Part shown: in pieces, positions 56,250 to 64,000 of the stretch
How the letters are laid out: the number at the start of each line of letters is the position of its first letter
Position numbering within the stretch: the first letter of the stretch is position 1
DNA from: Eubacteriales bacterium
GTDB taxonomy: Bacteria; Bacillota; Clostridia; Oscillospirales; SIG627
Reading direction: 5' to 3'
DNA length: 64,000 nt
Assembly: GCA_045543495.1 (NCBI GenBank)
Contig: JAZQMO010000053.1
Location: 9,020-73,019, forward strand
Translations under genes and position numbers: made by a program
Notes under the pieces: model-generated
The model's input: the letters and a program-made list of their open reading frames with translations, nothing else
Told to the model about the DNA's origin: nothing
Databases searched by the model: none

Positions 56250-57014
56250 TTACCTTAATCCAAGACTAACTGCTAATTCATCAAGGTAATCAATGTGTCC
56301 GTGATTTGCACCGTATAGAGTAACATAACCGTCTTTTTCTGCAGTGATGTCTTGTCCCATAAAAACAACTCGCTCGCCCTTTTTGAGAAAGTGCTTGCGT
56401 CCGTTTTTCATTAAGTCATTATATTCATCTACCGCGGTTTGATAGTATTCCTCAAACAGTTGCTTTGCCTTTTCAATGTTGCCGAGATAACCGTAAATCA
56501 TACATTCTTCCAAGGAAATAAGATTACCCATATCATCTAACAGCGGATAATCTTTTCTATGTGCAAGGATAGTATCTCGGCTATTCAAGATTTCATATGC
56601 AGGCAAAACATATTGATCAATTTCTTCAATAATGCTTTTTATAGTTTTATCTGTTTTCTTGCGAAGGTCATACCAAGTTTCTTGCTTGCCGCTGACGATA
56701 CCCAGTCGTGAGCGAATCGTACACTCGTACTCGTGGTAATATTTCTTCTTTTCGGTCTGTGGCTGAAAGGTTCTTTCAGAACATTCAGGAATGCGAATTC
56801 CAAGATTCACGCAGAGCAATCCGCTCATACCGTGTGTGGGCATACCACTTTGAAAATGAATCACTTGCGAAATATCTTCCGAAACGAAACGGTGCAGTGT
56901 TCTCCCGTGTTTTTTGAACCCATACGGTTTAACGTGTTCATATACCGTTGCTTCAATTTTATCAACAATTTGAGTTGTATTGATTTCCGTTTTCTTTTTC
57001 AAAAAATCTAACAT
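56250..57014 (-). CDS. DUF4304-like hypothetical protein (AT-rich gene)
   Basis: 254 aa. ...VKPYGFKKHGRTLHRFVSEDISQVIHFQSG... resembles DUF4304 proteins as I recall them. Visibly more AT-rich than its neighbours. Confidence 0.55.
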   Translation of the reverse strand: MLDFLKKKTEINTTQIVDKIEATVYEHVKPYGFKKHGRTLHRFVSEDISQVIHFQSGMPTHGMSGLLCVNLGIRIPECSERTFQPQTEKKKYYHEYECTIRSRLGIVSGKQETWYDLRKKTDKTIKSIIEEIDQYVLPAYEILNSRDTILAHRKDYPLLDDMGNLISLEECMIYGYLGNIEKAKQLFEEYYQTAVDEYNDLMKNGRKHFLKKGERVVFMGQDITAEKDGYVTLYGANHGHIDYLDELAVSLGLR

Positions 57015-57120
57015 TTTACCACGCTCCTTTCTTTATGTCATAACCGATTGCAACTATTCCTTTTCACGCTTTCTCCATTGTGTGTTGCAAAAGTGTTGCA
57101 GAAGCATTTTCATGAAAACA

Positions 57121-57162
57121 TAAAATGCCCGAAAGCCCTTTCTTTGCAAGGGTTTTCGGGCA
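57121..57162 (-). terminator. intrinsic terminator of guaA
   Basis: TGCCCGAAAGCCCTT (57126-40) / AAGGGTTTTCGGGCA (57148-62). On the reverse strand it is followed by TTTTA. Confidence 0.65.
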
Positions 57163-57180
57163 CTTGTTAGCCAGTAGATA

Positions 57181-58182
57181 TTATTCCCACTCAATGGTTC
57201 CTGTGGGCTTGGGCGTGAGGTCGAAAAGGACACGGTTGATGCCCTCTACCTCGCCTGTAATGCGGCTTGTGATCTTGTGCAGAATGTGGTAGGGGATCTC
57301 TTCGATGGTTGCGGTCATGGCATCGGTGGTATTGACGGCACGGATGATGGCAGGCCATCCCTCGTAACGCATATCGTTACGAACACCAACACTCTTCATA
57401 TCGGGAATGGAGATGAAATACTGCCAAACCTTTTCGGCAAGGCCGCAAAGATCGAATTCTTCACGGAGAATGGCATCTGCTTCTCTCAAAGCCTCCAATC
57501 TGTCACGGGTAATGGCGCCGAGGCAGCGAACACCGAGGCCGGGGCCGGGGAAGGGCTGACGGTATACCATAGCGTGGGGAAGACCAAGGGCTTCTCCAAC
57601 CACACGAACCTCATCCTTAAACAAAAGCTTGATGGGCTCTACCAATTCCATCTTCATATCCTCGGGCAGACCTCCCACATTGTGGTGAGACTTTACGGGC
57701 TTGCCGCTTTCCTTTGCCTTGATGCTTTCCAAAATGTCGGGATAAATGGTGCCCTGTGCAAGGAAATCGATTCCTTCGAGCTTGGCGGCCTCTTCATCAA
57801 ATACCTTGATAAACTCTCCGCCAATGATCTTGCGCTTTTTCTCGGGATCGGAAACACCCTCCAAAAGGTTTAAAAAGCGGTCGGTGGCGTTAACATAGAT
57901 CAGGTTGGCATCCAGTTCTTTACCAAATACCTCAATTACCTGCTCACTTTCGCCCTTGCGCATAAGACCGTGGTTTACGTGAACACAAACCAGCTGTTTG
58001 CCAATGGCTTTGATCAAAAGAGCGGCAACCACGGAGGAGTCAACTCCGCCGGAAAGGGCCAAGAGCACCTTTTTGCTACCTACCTGCTCACGGACGAGTC
58101 GAACTTGCTCTTCAATAAACTGATCGGCAAGTGCTTTGGTGGTAATGCGCTCCATTGTATCGGGACGTACGTTCGGATTCAT
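57181..58182 (-). CDS. guaA: GMP synthase ATP-pyrophosphatase/dimerisation part only (no glutamine amidotransferase domain)
   Basis: 333 aa. PP-loop LALSGGVDSSV about 45 residues from the N-terminus, and the universal C-terminus KPTGTIEWE. Only a 168-bp intergenic region with a TTGCAA-17-TATACT promoter lies upstream. Confidence 0.8.
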   Translation of the reverse strand: MNPNVRPDTMERITTKALADQFIEEQVRLVREQVGSKKVLLALSGGVDSSVVAALLIKAIGKQLVCVHVNHGLMRKGESEQVIEVFGKELDANLIYVNATDRFLNLLEGVSDPEKKRKIIGGEFIKVFDEEAAKLEGIDFLAQGTIYPDILESIKAKESGKPVKSHHNVGGLPEDMKMELVEPIKLLFKDEVRVVGEALGLPHAMVYRQPFPGPGLGVRCLGAITRDRLEALREADAILREEFDLCGLAEKVWQYFISIPDMKSVGVRNDMRYEGWPAIIRAVNTTDAMTATIEEIPYHILHKITSRITGEVEGINRVLFDLTPKPTGTIEWE

Positions 58183-58350
58183 ATTGGTTCCTCCCTTGGA
58201 AAAGAATAGTATTCTAATTTATAATAGACAGTATACTGCAAAATACGCCGTGTTGCAAGAGAATTTTGCAAGATTTTTTTCATTTTTTTCTGTGATCATT
58301 CATTGACAAATAGGTGGCGGAAGGGTATCATATTCAAGTAGGAGAAAAAT

Positions 58351-58797
58351 ATGGAAATCAGAGAGATCGTATACGAAGAATTAAAAGAGGCATCCGCAGT
58401 TCTTTGGAAAAGCTTTTATGCTGCGGAAAAAACAAATCATTCTCTCCGAGGAATGGAAAGATTCCGTGATCTGACAAGCCCCGTTTCCCTTTCTATCAAT
58501 ACCTTTGACGGAAGGGTACAGCTCTTTGGACTGTTTTCCCAAGGAAAAATGCTGGGTGTGGGGGCGTTGAAAGAGAAAAAGCATATTCTTCTTTTGTATG
58601 TGCTTCCGGAATGTCAAAGATCCGGCTTTGGTTCGGCTCTTTTGAAGGAAATGGAAAGAATGTGTCTTGGTGACTGTATCACACTCAATTCCTCTGATTT
58701 TGCCGTTCCGTTTTATGAAAAAAGAGGGTACTGCATAAAGGCTTCCAGACAAGTGGAGGAGGAATTGATCTTCACCCCGATGGAAAAGAAGCGGTAA
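58351..58797 (+). CDS. GNAT family N-acetyltransferase
   Basis: 148 aa. Acetyl-CoA motif LPECQRSGFGSALLKEME. Confidence 0.75.
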   Translation: MEIREIVYEELKEASAVLWKSFYAAEKTNHSLRGMERFRDLTSPVSLSINTFDGRVQLFGLFSQGKMLGVGALKEKKHILLLYVLPECQRSGFGSALLKEMERMCLGDCITLNSSDFAVPFYEKRGYCIKASRQVEEELIFTPMEKKR

Positions 58798-58824
58798 TGC
58801 ATATCGTTTGATGAAAGGAACCGT

Positions 58825-59046
58825 ATGAATACACTAAAGGATATTAAGGTCGGAAAAAGCGCAAAGGTGGTAAAGCTCCACGGAGAGGGCGCCTTAAAGC
58901 GCAGAATTATGGATATGGGTATCACCCGTGGGGTGGAGATCTATGTCCGCAAGGTGGCTCCCTTGGGCGACCCCATCGAGGTTTGCGTTCGTGGGTATGA
59001 ATTAAGCTTGAGAAAGCAAGATGCCGCTATGATCGAAGTGGAATAA
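58825..59046 (+). CDS. feoA: ferrous iron transport protein A
   Basis: 73 aa. ...RRIMDMGITRGVEIYVRKVAPLGDPIEV... is the FeoA/SH3-like pattern. Confidence 0.85.
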   Translation: MNTLKDIKVGKSAKVVKLHGEGALKRRIMDMGITRGVEIYVRKVAPLGDPIEVCVRGYELSLRKQDAAMIEVE

Positions 59047-59071
59047 GCCCGATTTTGCGAAAGGAAATAAT

Positions 59072-61228
59072 ATGTCAGTAAGAATTGCCCTTGCGGGAAA
59101 CCCCAACTGTGGAAAAACAACCCTTTTCAATGCCTTAACAGGCTCCAATCAATACGTGGGCAACTGGCCCGGCGTAACGGTGGAAAAGAAAAGCGGTAAA
59201 ATGAAAAAATATAAGGATGCCGAGGTGGTGGATCTTCCCGGTATCTACTCTCTGTCACCCTATACCATGGAAGAGGTGGTGGCGAGAAATTACCTTGTGG
59301 AGGAACGCCCCGATGTCATCTTGAACATTGTGGATGGCACCAATTTGGAGCGAAACCTCTACCTGACCACCCAGCTGATGGAGCTTGGAATCCCTCTTGT
59401 CATTGCCATCAATATGATGGATATTGTCCGCAAAAGCGGCGGTAAGATCGATATTCCCGCCCTGTCCCGTGCGCTGGGCTGTCCCGTGCTTGAGATCTCT
59501 GCCTTGAAGGGAGAGGGAATGGATGCGGTTGCCGATGCGGCCGTGCAGGCGGCCGAGGATCAAAAGCTCTCTCATTTGCATATTTTCTCGGGCGAGGTGG
59601 AGCACGCCATCGCTCATATCGAAGAGGCCTCCGTTCATCATATGCCCGAGGAGTCTCAGCGCTGGTACGCCGTTAAGATCTTCGAGAGAGACGAGCGTGT
59701 GTTAAAGGAATTAAACCTCTCCGAGGAAACCTTAGCGCATATTGAATCGGACATTCGCCACGTAGAAAAGGTGCTGGATGACGATGCGGAAAGCATCATC
59801 ACCAATGACCGATACGTATATATCACGGGGCTCACCGCCAAGATCGCCAAAAAGCGCAATCCCATGAAGCTTTCCGTTTCCGATCGCATTGACCGTGTGG
59901 TAACGAACCGTATTCTTGCACTCCCCATTTTTGCAGGCGTTATGTTTTTGATGTACGCCATCGCCATGGGAAGCTTTCCGTTTTCTGTGGGTACCATTGC
60001 CACCGAGTGGGCAAACGATGTGCTTTTCGGTGAATGGATCCCGAATTTGTTTGACCGTGTCCTTACCTCTCTCGGCGTCAGCGGATGGCTCTATGGCCTT
60101 GTGATGGATGGAATCGTAGCGGGCGTGGGCGCCGTTTTGGGCTTCGTGCCGCAGATCCTTGTGCTCTCCTTTTTGCTTTCCTTCTTGGAGGATGTGGGCT
60201 ATATGTCCCGTGTGGCCTTTATTATGGACCGTATTCTCCGCAAATTCGGCCTTTCGGGAAAATCCATCATCCCCATGCTGGTGGCTACGGGCTGCGGCGT
60301 TCCGGGTATTTTGTCAAGCCGTACCATTGAGCAGGAAAATGACCGCAGAATTACCGTTATGACCACGGGCTTTATTCCTTGCGGTGCCAAAATGCCCATC
60401 ATTGGCCTGTTTGCCGGGGCCGTGTTCGGAAATTCACCCTTGGTTGCCGTTTCCGCCTTTTTCATCGGCGTTTTGGCGGTGGTTCTTTCAGGTATCATTC
60501 TGAAGAAATTCAAGGCCTTTGCAGGTAAGCCCGCGCCCTTTGTAATGGAGCTTCCCGCCTACCATCTGCCTTCTCCCAAAAATGTGTTGAGAACCACGGG
60601 AGACCGTGGTTGGGACTTTGTAAAGCGAGCCACCACCATCGTTCTTCTCAGCTCCATTGTCCTTTGGTTCTTCAAGACCTATGGTTTCTCCGAAGGAGCT
60701 TTCTGCGCCGTGGAGGACAGCAATCGCTCCCTTTTGGCTTATGTGGGAAAATTCTTTGCCTGGATCTTCTATCCCATCGGTTGGGTAGGGGATATGGCTT
60801 GGAAGGCCACCGTTGCCACCGTGACGGGTCTCATTGCCAAGGAAGAGGTGGTTATGACCTTCGGCACCCTGTATAACGTAGCAGGCGAGGTCGGTGAAAG
60901 CGGGGAAGGAATCTGGGAAATGATCCGCTTGGATTTCGGGGCCGTCCGTGCTTACAGCTTTATGATCTTCAACCTCCTTTGTGCTCCTTGCTTTGCCGCC
61001 ATCGGTGCCATCAAGAGAGAAATGGGAAATGTAAAATGGACCCTCGGCACCGTAGGATATATGTGCGCCTTTGCTTATGCCATTTCCCTGATCGTATTCC
61101 AGTTTGCAGGTCTGTTTACCGGAGAAGCAAGCTTTGGGTACTTTACTCTTCTTGCCGCACTCGTTCTTATTTTGCTTTTGTATTTTCTTCTCCGTAAACC
61201 GGACGTACCCAAGGAGGAAAAGAAATGA
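59072..61228 (+). CDS. feoB: ferrous iron transport protein B
   Basis: 718 aa. G-domain GNPNCGKTT and DLPG, followed by a polytopic membrane domain. Confidence 0.9.
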   Translation: MSVRIALAGNPNCGKTTLFNALTGSNQYVGNWPGVTVEKKSGKMKKYKDAEVVDLPGIYSLSPYTMEEVVARNYLVEERPDVILNIVDGTNLERNLYLTTQLMELGIPLVIAINMMDIVRKSGGKIDIPALSRALGCPVLEISALKGEGMDAVADAAVQAAEDQKLSHLHIFSGEVEHAIAHIEEASVHHMPEESQRWYAVKIFERDERVLKELNLSEETLAHIESDIRHVEKVLDDDAESIITNDRYVYITGLTAKIAKKRNPMKLSVSDRIDRVVTNRILALPIFAGVMFLMYAIAMGSFPFSVGTIATEWANDVLFGEWIPNLFDRVLTSLGVSGWLYGLVMDGIVAGVGAVLGFVPQILVLSFLLSFLEDVGYMSRVAFIMDRILRKFGLSGKSIIPMLVATGCGVPGILSSRTIEQENDRRITVMTTGFIPCGAKMPIIGLFAGAVFGNSPLVAVSAFFIGVLAVVLSGIILKKFKAFAGKPAPFVMELPAYHLPSPKNVLRTTGDRGWDFVKRATTIVLLSSIVLWFFKTYGFSEGAFCAVEDSNRSLLAYVGKFFAWIFYPIGWVGDMAWKATVATVTGLIAKEEVVMTFGTLYNVAGEVGESGEGIWEMIRLDFGAVRAYSFMIFNLLCAPCFAAIGAIKREMGNVKWTLGTVGYMCAFAYAISLIVFQFAGLFTGEASFGYFTLLAALVLILLLYFLLRKPDVPKEEKK

Positions 61229-61380
61229 CCTGGGGTGATGCCGTCGTCCTCGCAGTTCTTCTGTTGATTTTGTACTTTGTCATTCGTTCGTGGAGAAAGA
61301 ATCGCAAAAAAGGATGCTCTTGCGGATGCGGAAATTGCGCTCGCAAGGATATTTGCCATTCCTCAAAACAGAAAGAATAA
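61225..61380 (+). CDS. FeoB-associated Cys-rich small membrane protein (51 aa, below the ORF-track cutoff)
   Basis: ATGA overlap with the feoB stop. MTWGDAVVLAVLLLILYFVIRSWRKNRKKGCSCGCGNCARKDICHSSKQKE: one TM followed by a CSCGCGNC cluster. Confidence 0.65.
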   Translation: MTWGDAVVLAVLLLILYFVIRSWRKNRKKGCSCGCGNCARKDICHSSKQKE

Positions 61381-61382
61381 AC

Positions 61383-61410
61383 AAAAAGAAGCCGTTTCGG
61401 CTTCTTTTTT
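61383..61410. terminator. bidirectional intrinsic terminator
   Basis: GAAGCCG-ttt-CGGCTTC with A and T flanks. Confidence 0.7.
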
Positions 61411-61414
61411 GCAT

Positions 61415-62671
61415 TTATAGTCTAGAACGCCAAGCTTTCACGATGGCGTCGGCATCCATTCCGAAGGTACCTTCAAGATCCTGCGTTTGATAAGCGGTCA
61501 AAACTGTTTCGAGTCCAAATTCATCAACTAAATATCCAACGACACAAGCGGCTTGTGTATAAGAGAGATCACTTCCCGGAAGCGTGTATTCATTCTTGTA
61601 TTCCGCCCTATAGACTTCTCCGATGGTCTGAAAGACATTTGTTTCAATCTCTGCCTTTGCAAAAGCTTTCATAAACAGTTTCACATCAAAGCTTTCCAAA
61701 GAACTGTAAACTCCCCCCATTGCCTGATAAAATTCAGCCGTTTTTTGATACAAAAGTGCTTTTTGATTGTTGTTAGGCAGAGTACCTTTTTCTGCGGCGG
61801 TTAAAATTTGAATGTAGGAAGCGTCAATCTGTTTCTGAAAGCTGAGTCCTTTTCCCAAATATTCACAAATTCCCTCAGAAAGCCATAGGTTTTTATGAGT
61901 TTTTATTCCCATTGCGTGTACTGCTTCGTGAAGAGCCGCAGAATAATCATTGATTTGCATTTCTCCTGTTTCAAAATTTGTTTTAGAATAAGGAACGGGA
62001 TTTAATGTCATAAAATATTTATATTTTGTGTCAACTTGAAAAAACTTGTCTAATCGGTTTTCTTTTAGGTAATTGATTAACTCTGTCAATCCTTTTGTGT
62101 TGTAATATAGAAAAGCGTGTGTGGGACTGATACTGCCATTTGGTTCAAGATCGCGAAAAGAATACAAGCAAGGTCCCAGCAGTACGGTATAATGATACTC
62201 GGGGCTTTTATTTATTTTCATTTTTGATAAAAGGATCTCGCATTCAACAGGTTGTGAATACTGAATTCTCGAACCTATTTGTTTTAAGAATTCATTTTTA
62301 TAGTCTACTCTCTTTTCCAAATCTAAAACAGCCTTGGTTCCGTGGTTTTCTGTAATATAAGAGAAAAGACTTTCTGCAACAAGGATTGCTCTTTCTTTAT
62401 CCGTTTCAAAAATCGTCTCATAAAGCGTTAATAAGGCCACATCTGTGGGCTTTTGCAAGAATTCGGAAACATCTTGGATCTCCTTTTTTTCTTCGTAAGC
62501 CTTTAGTCCGTATTTAATCCAGCTTTCCGAGGATTCCCTTAATTCGGCAAATGCATCTTCTGTTCGATTGTTTGGTTCTGATTTGCTTTCGGAAGGTAAG
62601 GTGCTTGCACAAGAAGAAAAAAGTAAAGAAACGGTGATTAAAAATAGGGTAAGAGTGTAACCAGTCTTCAT
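61415..62671 (-). CDS. exported lipoprotein with an HExxH/peptidase-MA-like motif
   Basis: 418 aa. Signal peptide MKTGYTLTLFLITVSLLFSSC. ALHEAVHAMGIKTHKNLWLSEGICEYLG resembles the HExxH...W-x-x-EG-x-x-EY signature of Peptidase_MA_2-type domains. AT-rich. Confidence 0.6.
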   Translation of the reverse strand: MKTGYTLTLFLITVSLLFSSCASTLPSESKSEPNNRTEDAFAELRESSESWIKYGLKAYEEKKEIQDVSEFLQKPTDVALLTLYETIFETDKERAILVAESLFSYITENHGTKAVLDLEKRVDYKNEFLKQIGSRIQYSQPVECEILLSKMKINKSPEYHYTVLLGPCLYSFRDLEPNGSISPTHAFLYYNTKGLTELINYLKENRLDKFFQVDTKYKYFMTLNPVPYSKTNFETGEMQINDYSAALHEAVHAMGIKTHKNLWLSEGICEYLGKGLSFQKQIDASYIQILTAAEKGTLPNNNQKALLYQKTAEFYQAMGGVYSSLESFDVKLFMKAFAKAEIETNVFQTIGEVYRAEYKNEYTLPGSDLSYTQAACVVGYLVDEFGLETVLTAYQTQDLEGTFGMDADAIVKAWRSRL

Positions 62672-63750
62672 TCTTTGTCCTCCTTTTTCGTATTAGCGGA
62701 AAATCCAAAATAATTAAAATATCTGTTTTCCATTTCTTGGATTTTGTTTTTAAAAGGTAATAATGAACGATTTTTTTGTAGTTTTTCAACGAATTCCTTA
62801 CAAAGCTTAGGGTAAGGAATAACGCCCGACGGACAAGGGTCCAAAAGAAGCGGTGATGAGATTTGATCTTCGGGTGATAGATGTCTTTCCAACACGCAAA
62901 GGATTCGATCTATATAGCTCTCTGCATCACTGAGCTTGCCTGATTTTACCAAAAGGACGGCGATATTTAAATAATTATGCAAAAGTGCACTATCCCAAAA
63001 GCCACCGAATTTATCTTCCAAAATCAGCTCGTACATACAAGCAGCTTTTTTGTAATAGAAAAGCTTTTCTTCATCATCCATTTGATCTGTGATCAACTGG
63101 CGGATTGCATTTTCCGATAACTGCATGGTGTAGATGAGGTTATGGCCGATTTGAGTTCGTGATTCTTCCTCTCCAAACACCAGCTTGGTGTAGATTTCTC
63201 TGCTATTGTGCATGGAAGGTAGCTTTGCATAATAGAATTTTGCCTTTTCTCGTATTTCGGGATTTTTAGAGTGAGAACAAAGGATCGTAATTTTTGTTAT
63301 GATGTTATTTCGCACGTCGTCTTCCGTGCAGTGGCGAAGTGCATAGTCGGCCATATATATCATGCGGGTAATGAATTCGTCTTCATACAAATGATGTCTG
63401 TATGAGAAGTGCATTAGGTTATGATACATACGAAAATTATCGGGACATCGTTCGATTTCCCGGACATACATTCGGAATGCTTCTGTATAATTTTTGTTTT
63501 GTACGAGCTCCCGAATTCGATGTGTGAATTTTTCGTGATGCTCCTTGTCCCAAACGCTTTCCATATCAAACAGATAATCGATGGAACATTTGTAAAGATT
63601 GGCGATTTGTGGTAAGAGAGAAATGTCGGGAGAAACGAGTCCGCGCTCCCATTTGGAAACTGTTTGCGCAGATAAGTTTAGGTGATATGCGACCTCCTCT
63701 TGTGTAAAACGGTGAATTTCTCTCAGCTCTTTTAACCGTTCCTTCAGCAT
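62668..63750 (-). CDS. XRE-family HTH regulator with a ~290-aa helical-repeat (TPR-like) C-terminal domain
   Basis: 360 aa from ATG 63750 after GGAGA. LRELREIHRFTQEEVAYHLNLSAQTVSKWERGLVSPDISLLPQIANLYKCSIDYLF, then an all-helical-looking region. Its stop overlaps the lipoprotein start (ATGA). Confidence 0.65.
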   Translation of the reverse strand: MLKERLKELREIHRFTQEEVAYHLNLSAQTVSKWERGLVSPDISLLPQIANLYKCSIDYLFDMESVWDKEHHEKFTHRIRELVQNKNYTEAFRMYVREIERCPDNFRMYHNLMHFSYRHHLYEDEFITRMIYMADYALRHCTEDDVRNNIITKITILCSHSKNPEIREKAKFYYAKLPSMHNSREIYTKLVFGEEESRTQIGHNLIYTMQLSENAIRQLITDQMDDEEKLFYYKKAACMYELILEDKFGGFWDSALLHNYLNIAVLLVKSGKLSDAESYIDRILCVLERHLSPEDQISSPLLLDPCPSGVIPYPKLCKEFVEKLQKNRSLLPFKNKIQEMENRYFNYFGFSANTKKEDKE

Positions 63751-63859
63751 TTGTGTCTCCTTTATTTTTGTTTTTGTAATAATATCATAGCACGAGAATG
63801 AAAACATAAAAAGGGAAGAGAATGTCAGAAAAAGTGTCTTATTTGTATGGGTATAAAAG

Positions 63860-63889
63860 AAAAAACGCCGCAATTTGCGGCGTTTTTTA
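63860..63889. terminator. intrinsic terminator downstream of fba
   Basis: ACGCCGCA-att-TGCGGCGT with A and T flanks. Confidence 0.7.
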
Positions 63890-63905
63890 TGGTTTTGTGG
63901 GATGA

Positions 63906-64000
63906 TTATTCAGCCTTGCCTGCGCAACCCAAAACGTTGATCAGCTTGTGACGAACCAGCTCCTTGATGTTAGCTCTTGCGGGCTTCAGGTACTGACGGG
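63906..64000 (-). CDS. fba: class II fructose-bisphosphate aldolase, C-terminal end (gene continues past the window end)
   Basis: The reverse strand reads ...RQYLKPARANIKELVRHKLINVLGCAGKAE*, resembling the ...PARDAIKE...FGS.GKA C-terminus of Firmicute FbaA. Only 31 codons are visible. Confidence 0.5.
   Translation of the reverse strand, partial: RQYLKPARANIKELVRHKLINVLGCAGKAE

Noticed and set aside
58183-58350. Purine/guanine riboswitch upstream of guaA
   Set aside because: The predicted promoter (TTGCAA-17-TATACT) leaves only about 50 nt of leader. No three-way-junction aptamer sequence is visible.
58798-59071. Fur box upstream of feoA/feoB
   Set aside because: The gaps are only 27 and 25 nt and contain no GATAATGATAATCATTATC-like 19-mer. 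Any iron control must lie further upstream.

Overview
This is a chromosomal, mostly housekeeping window from a Firmicute with Clostridia-type gene content: DnaE, darA(yaaQ)-holB-murA-ricT(yaaT), ECF folT-folC, pflBA, feoAB and nagA. The THF aptamer closely resembles the Eubacterium siraeum one as I remember it. An Oscillospiraceae/Ruminococcaceae-like gut anaerobe is therefore my guess, by inference only. I call about 58 protein genes. Two are partial at the window edges, two fall below the ORF-track size cutoff, and two look like gene remnants. I also call two riboswitches of known classes (THF before folT-folC, ZTP/pfl-motif before pflBA), a set of near-consensus sigma-A-type promoters and about 20 hairpin+U terminators. 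I saw no rRNA, tRNA, CRISPR array, transposase, integrase, phage genes or recognisable defence genes. I cannot point to an unambiguous new system. The best candidates for follow-up are listed here. (1) A translationally coupled VTC-domain / DUF4956 membrane protein / beta-helix-repeat lipoprotein operon at 43.5-46.7 kb. (2) An AT-rich two-gene islet at 61.4-63.9 kb encoding an XRE-HTH + helical-repeat regulator that overlaps an exported HExxH lipoprotein. (3) A gene-decay zone around an orphan family-III CoA-transferase at 46.7-48.5 kb. (4) A stand-alone GMP synthase ATP-pyrophosphatase gene with no GATase domain. (5) Several structured or repeated non-coding elements with no assigned function: the cysK leader, a 15-bp inverted repeat around a consensus promoter, and GTTGCA repeats flanking an AT-rich single-gene islet. 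All coordinates were derived by hand from the printed sequence. No database search or folding computation was run.
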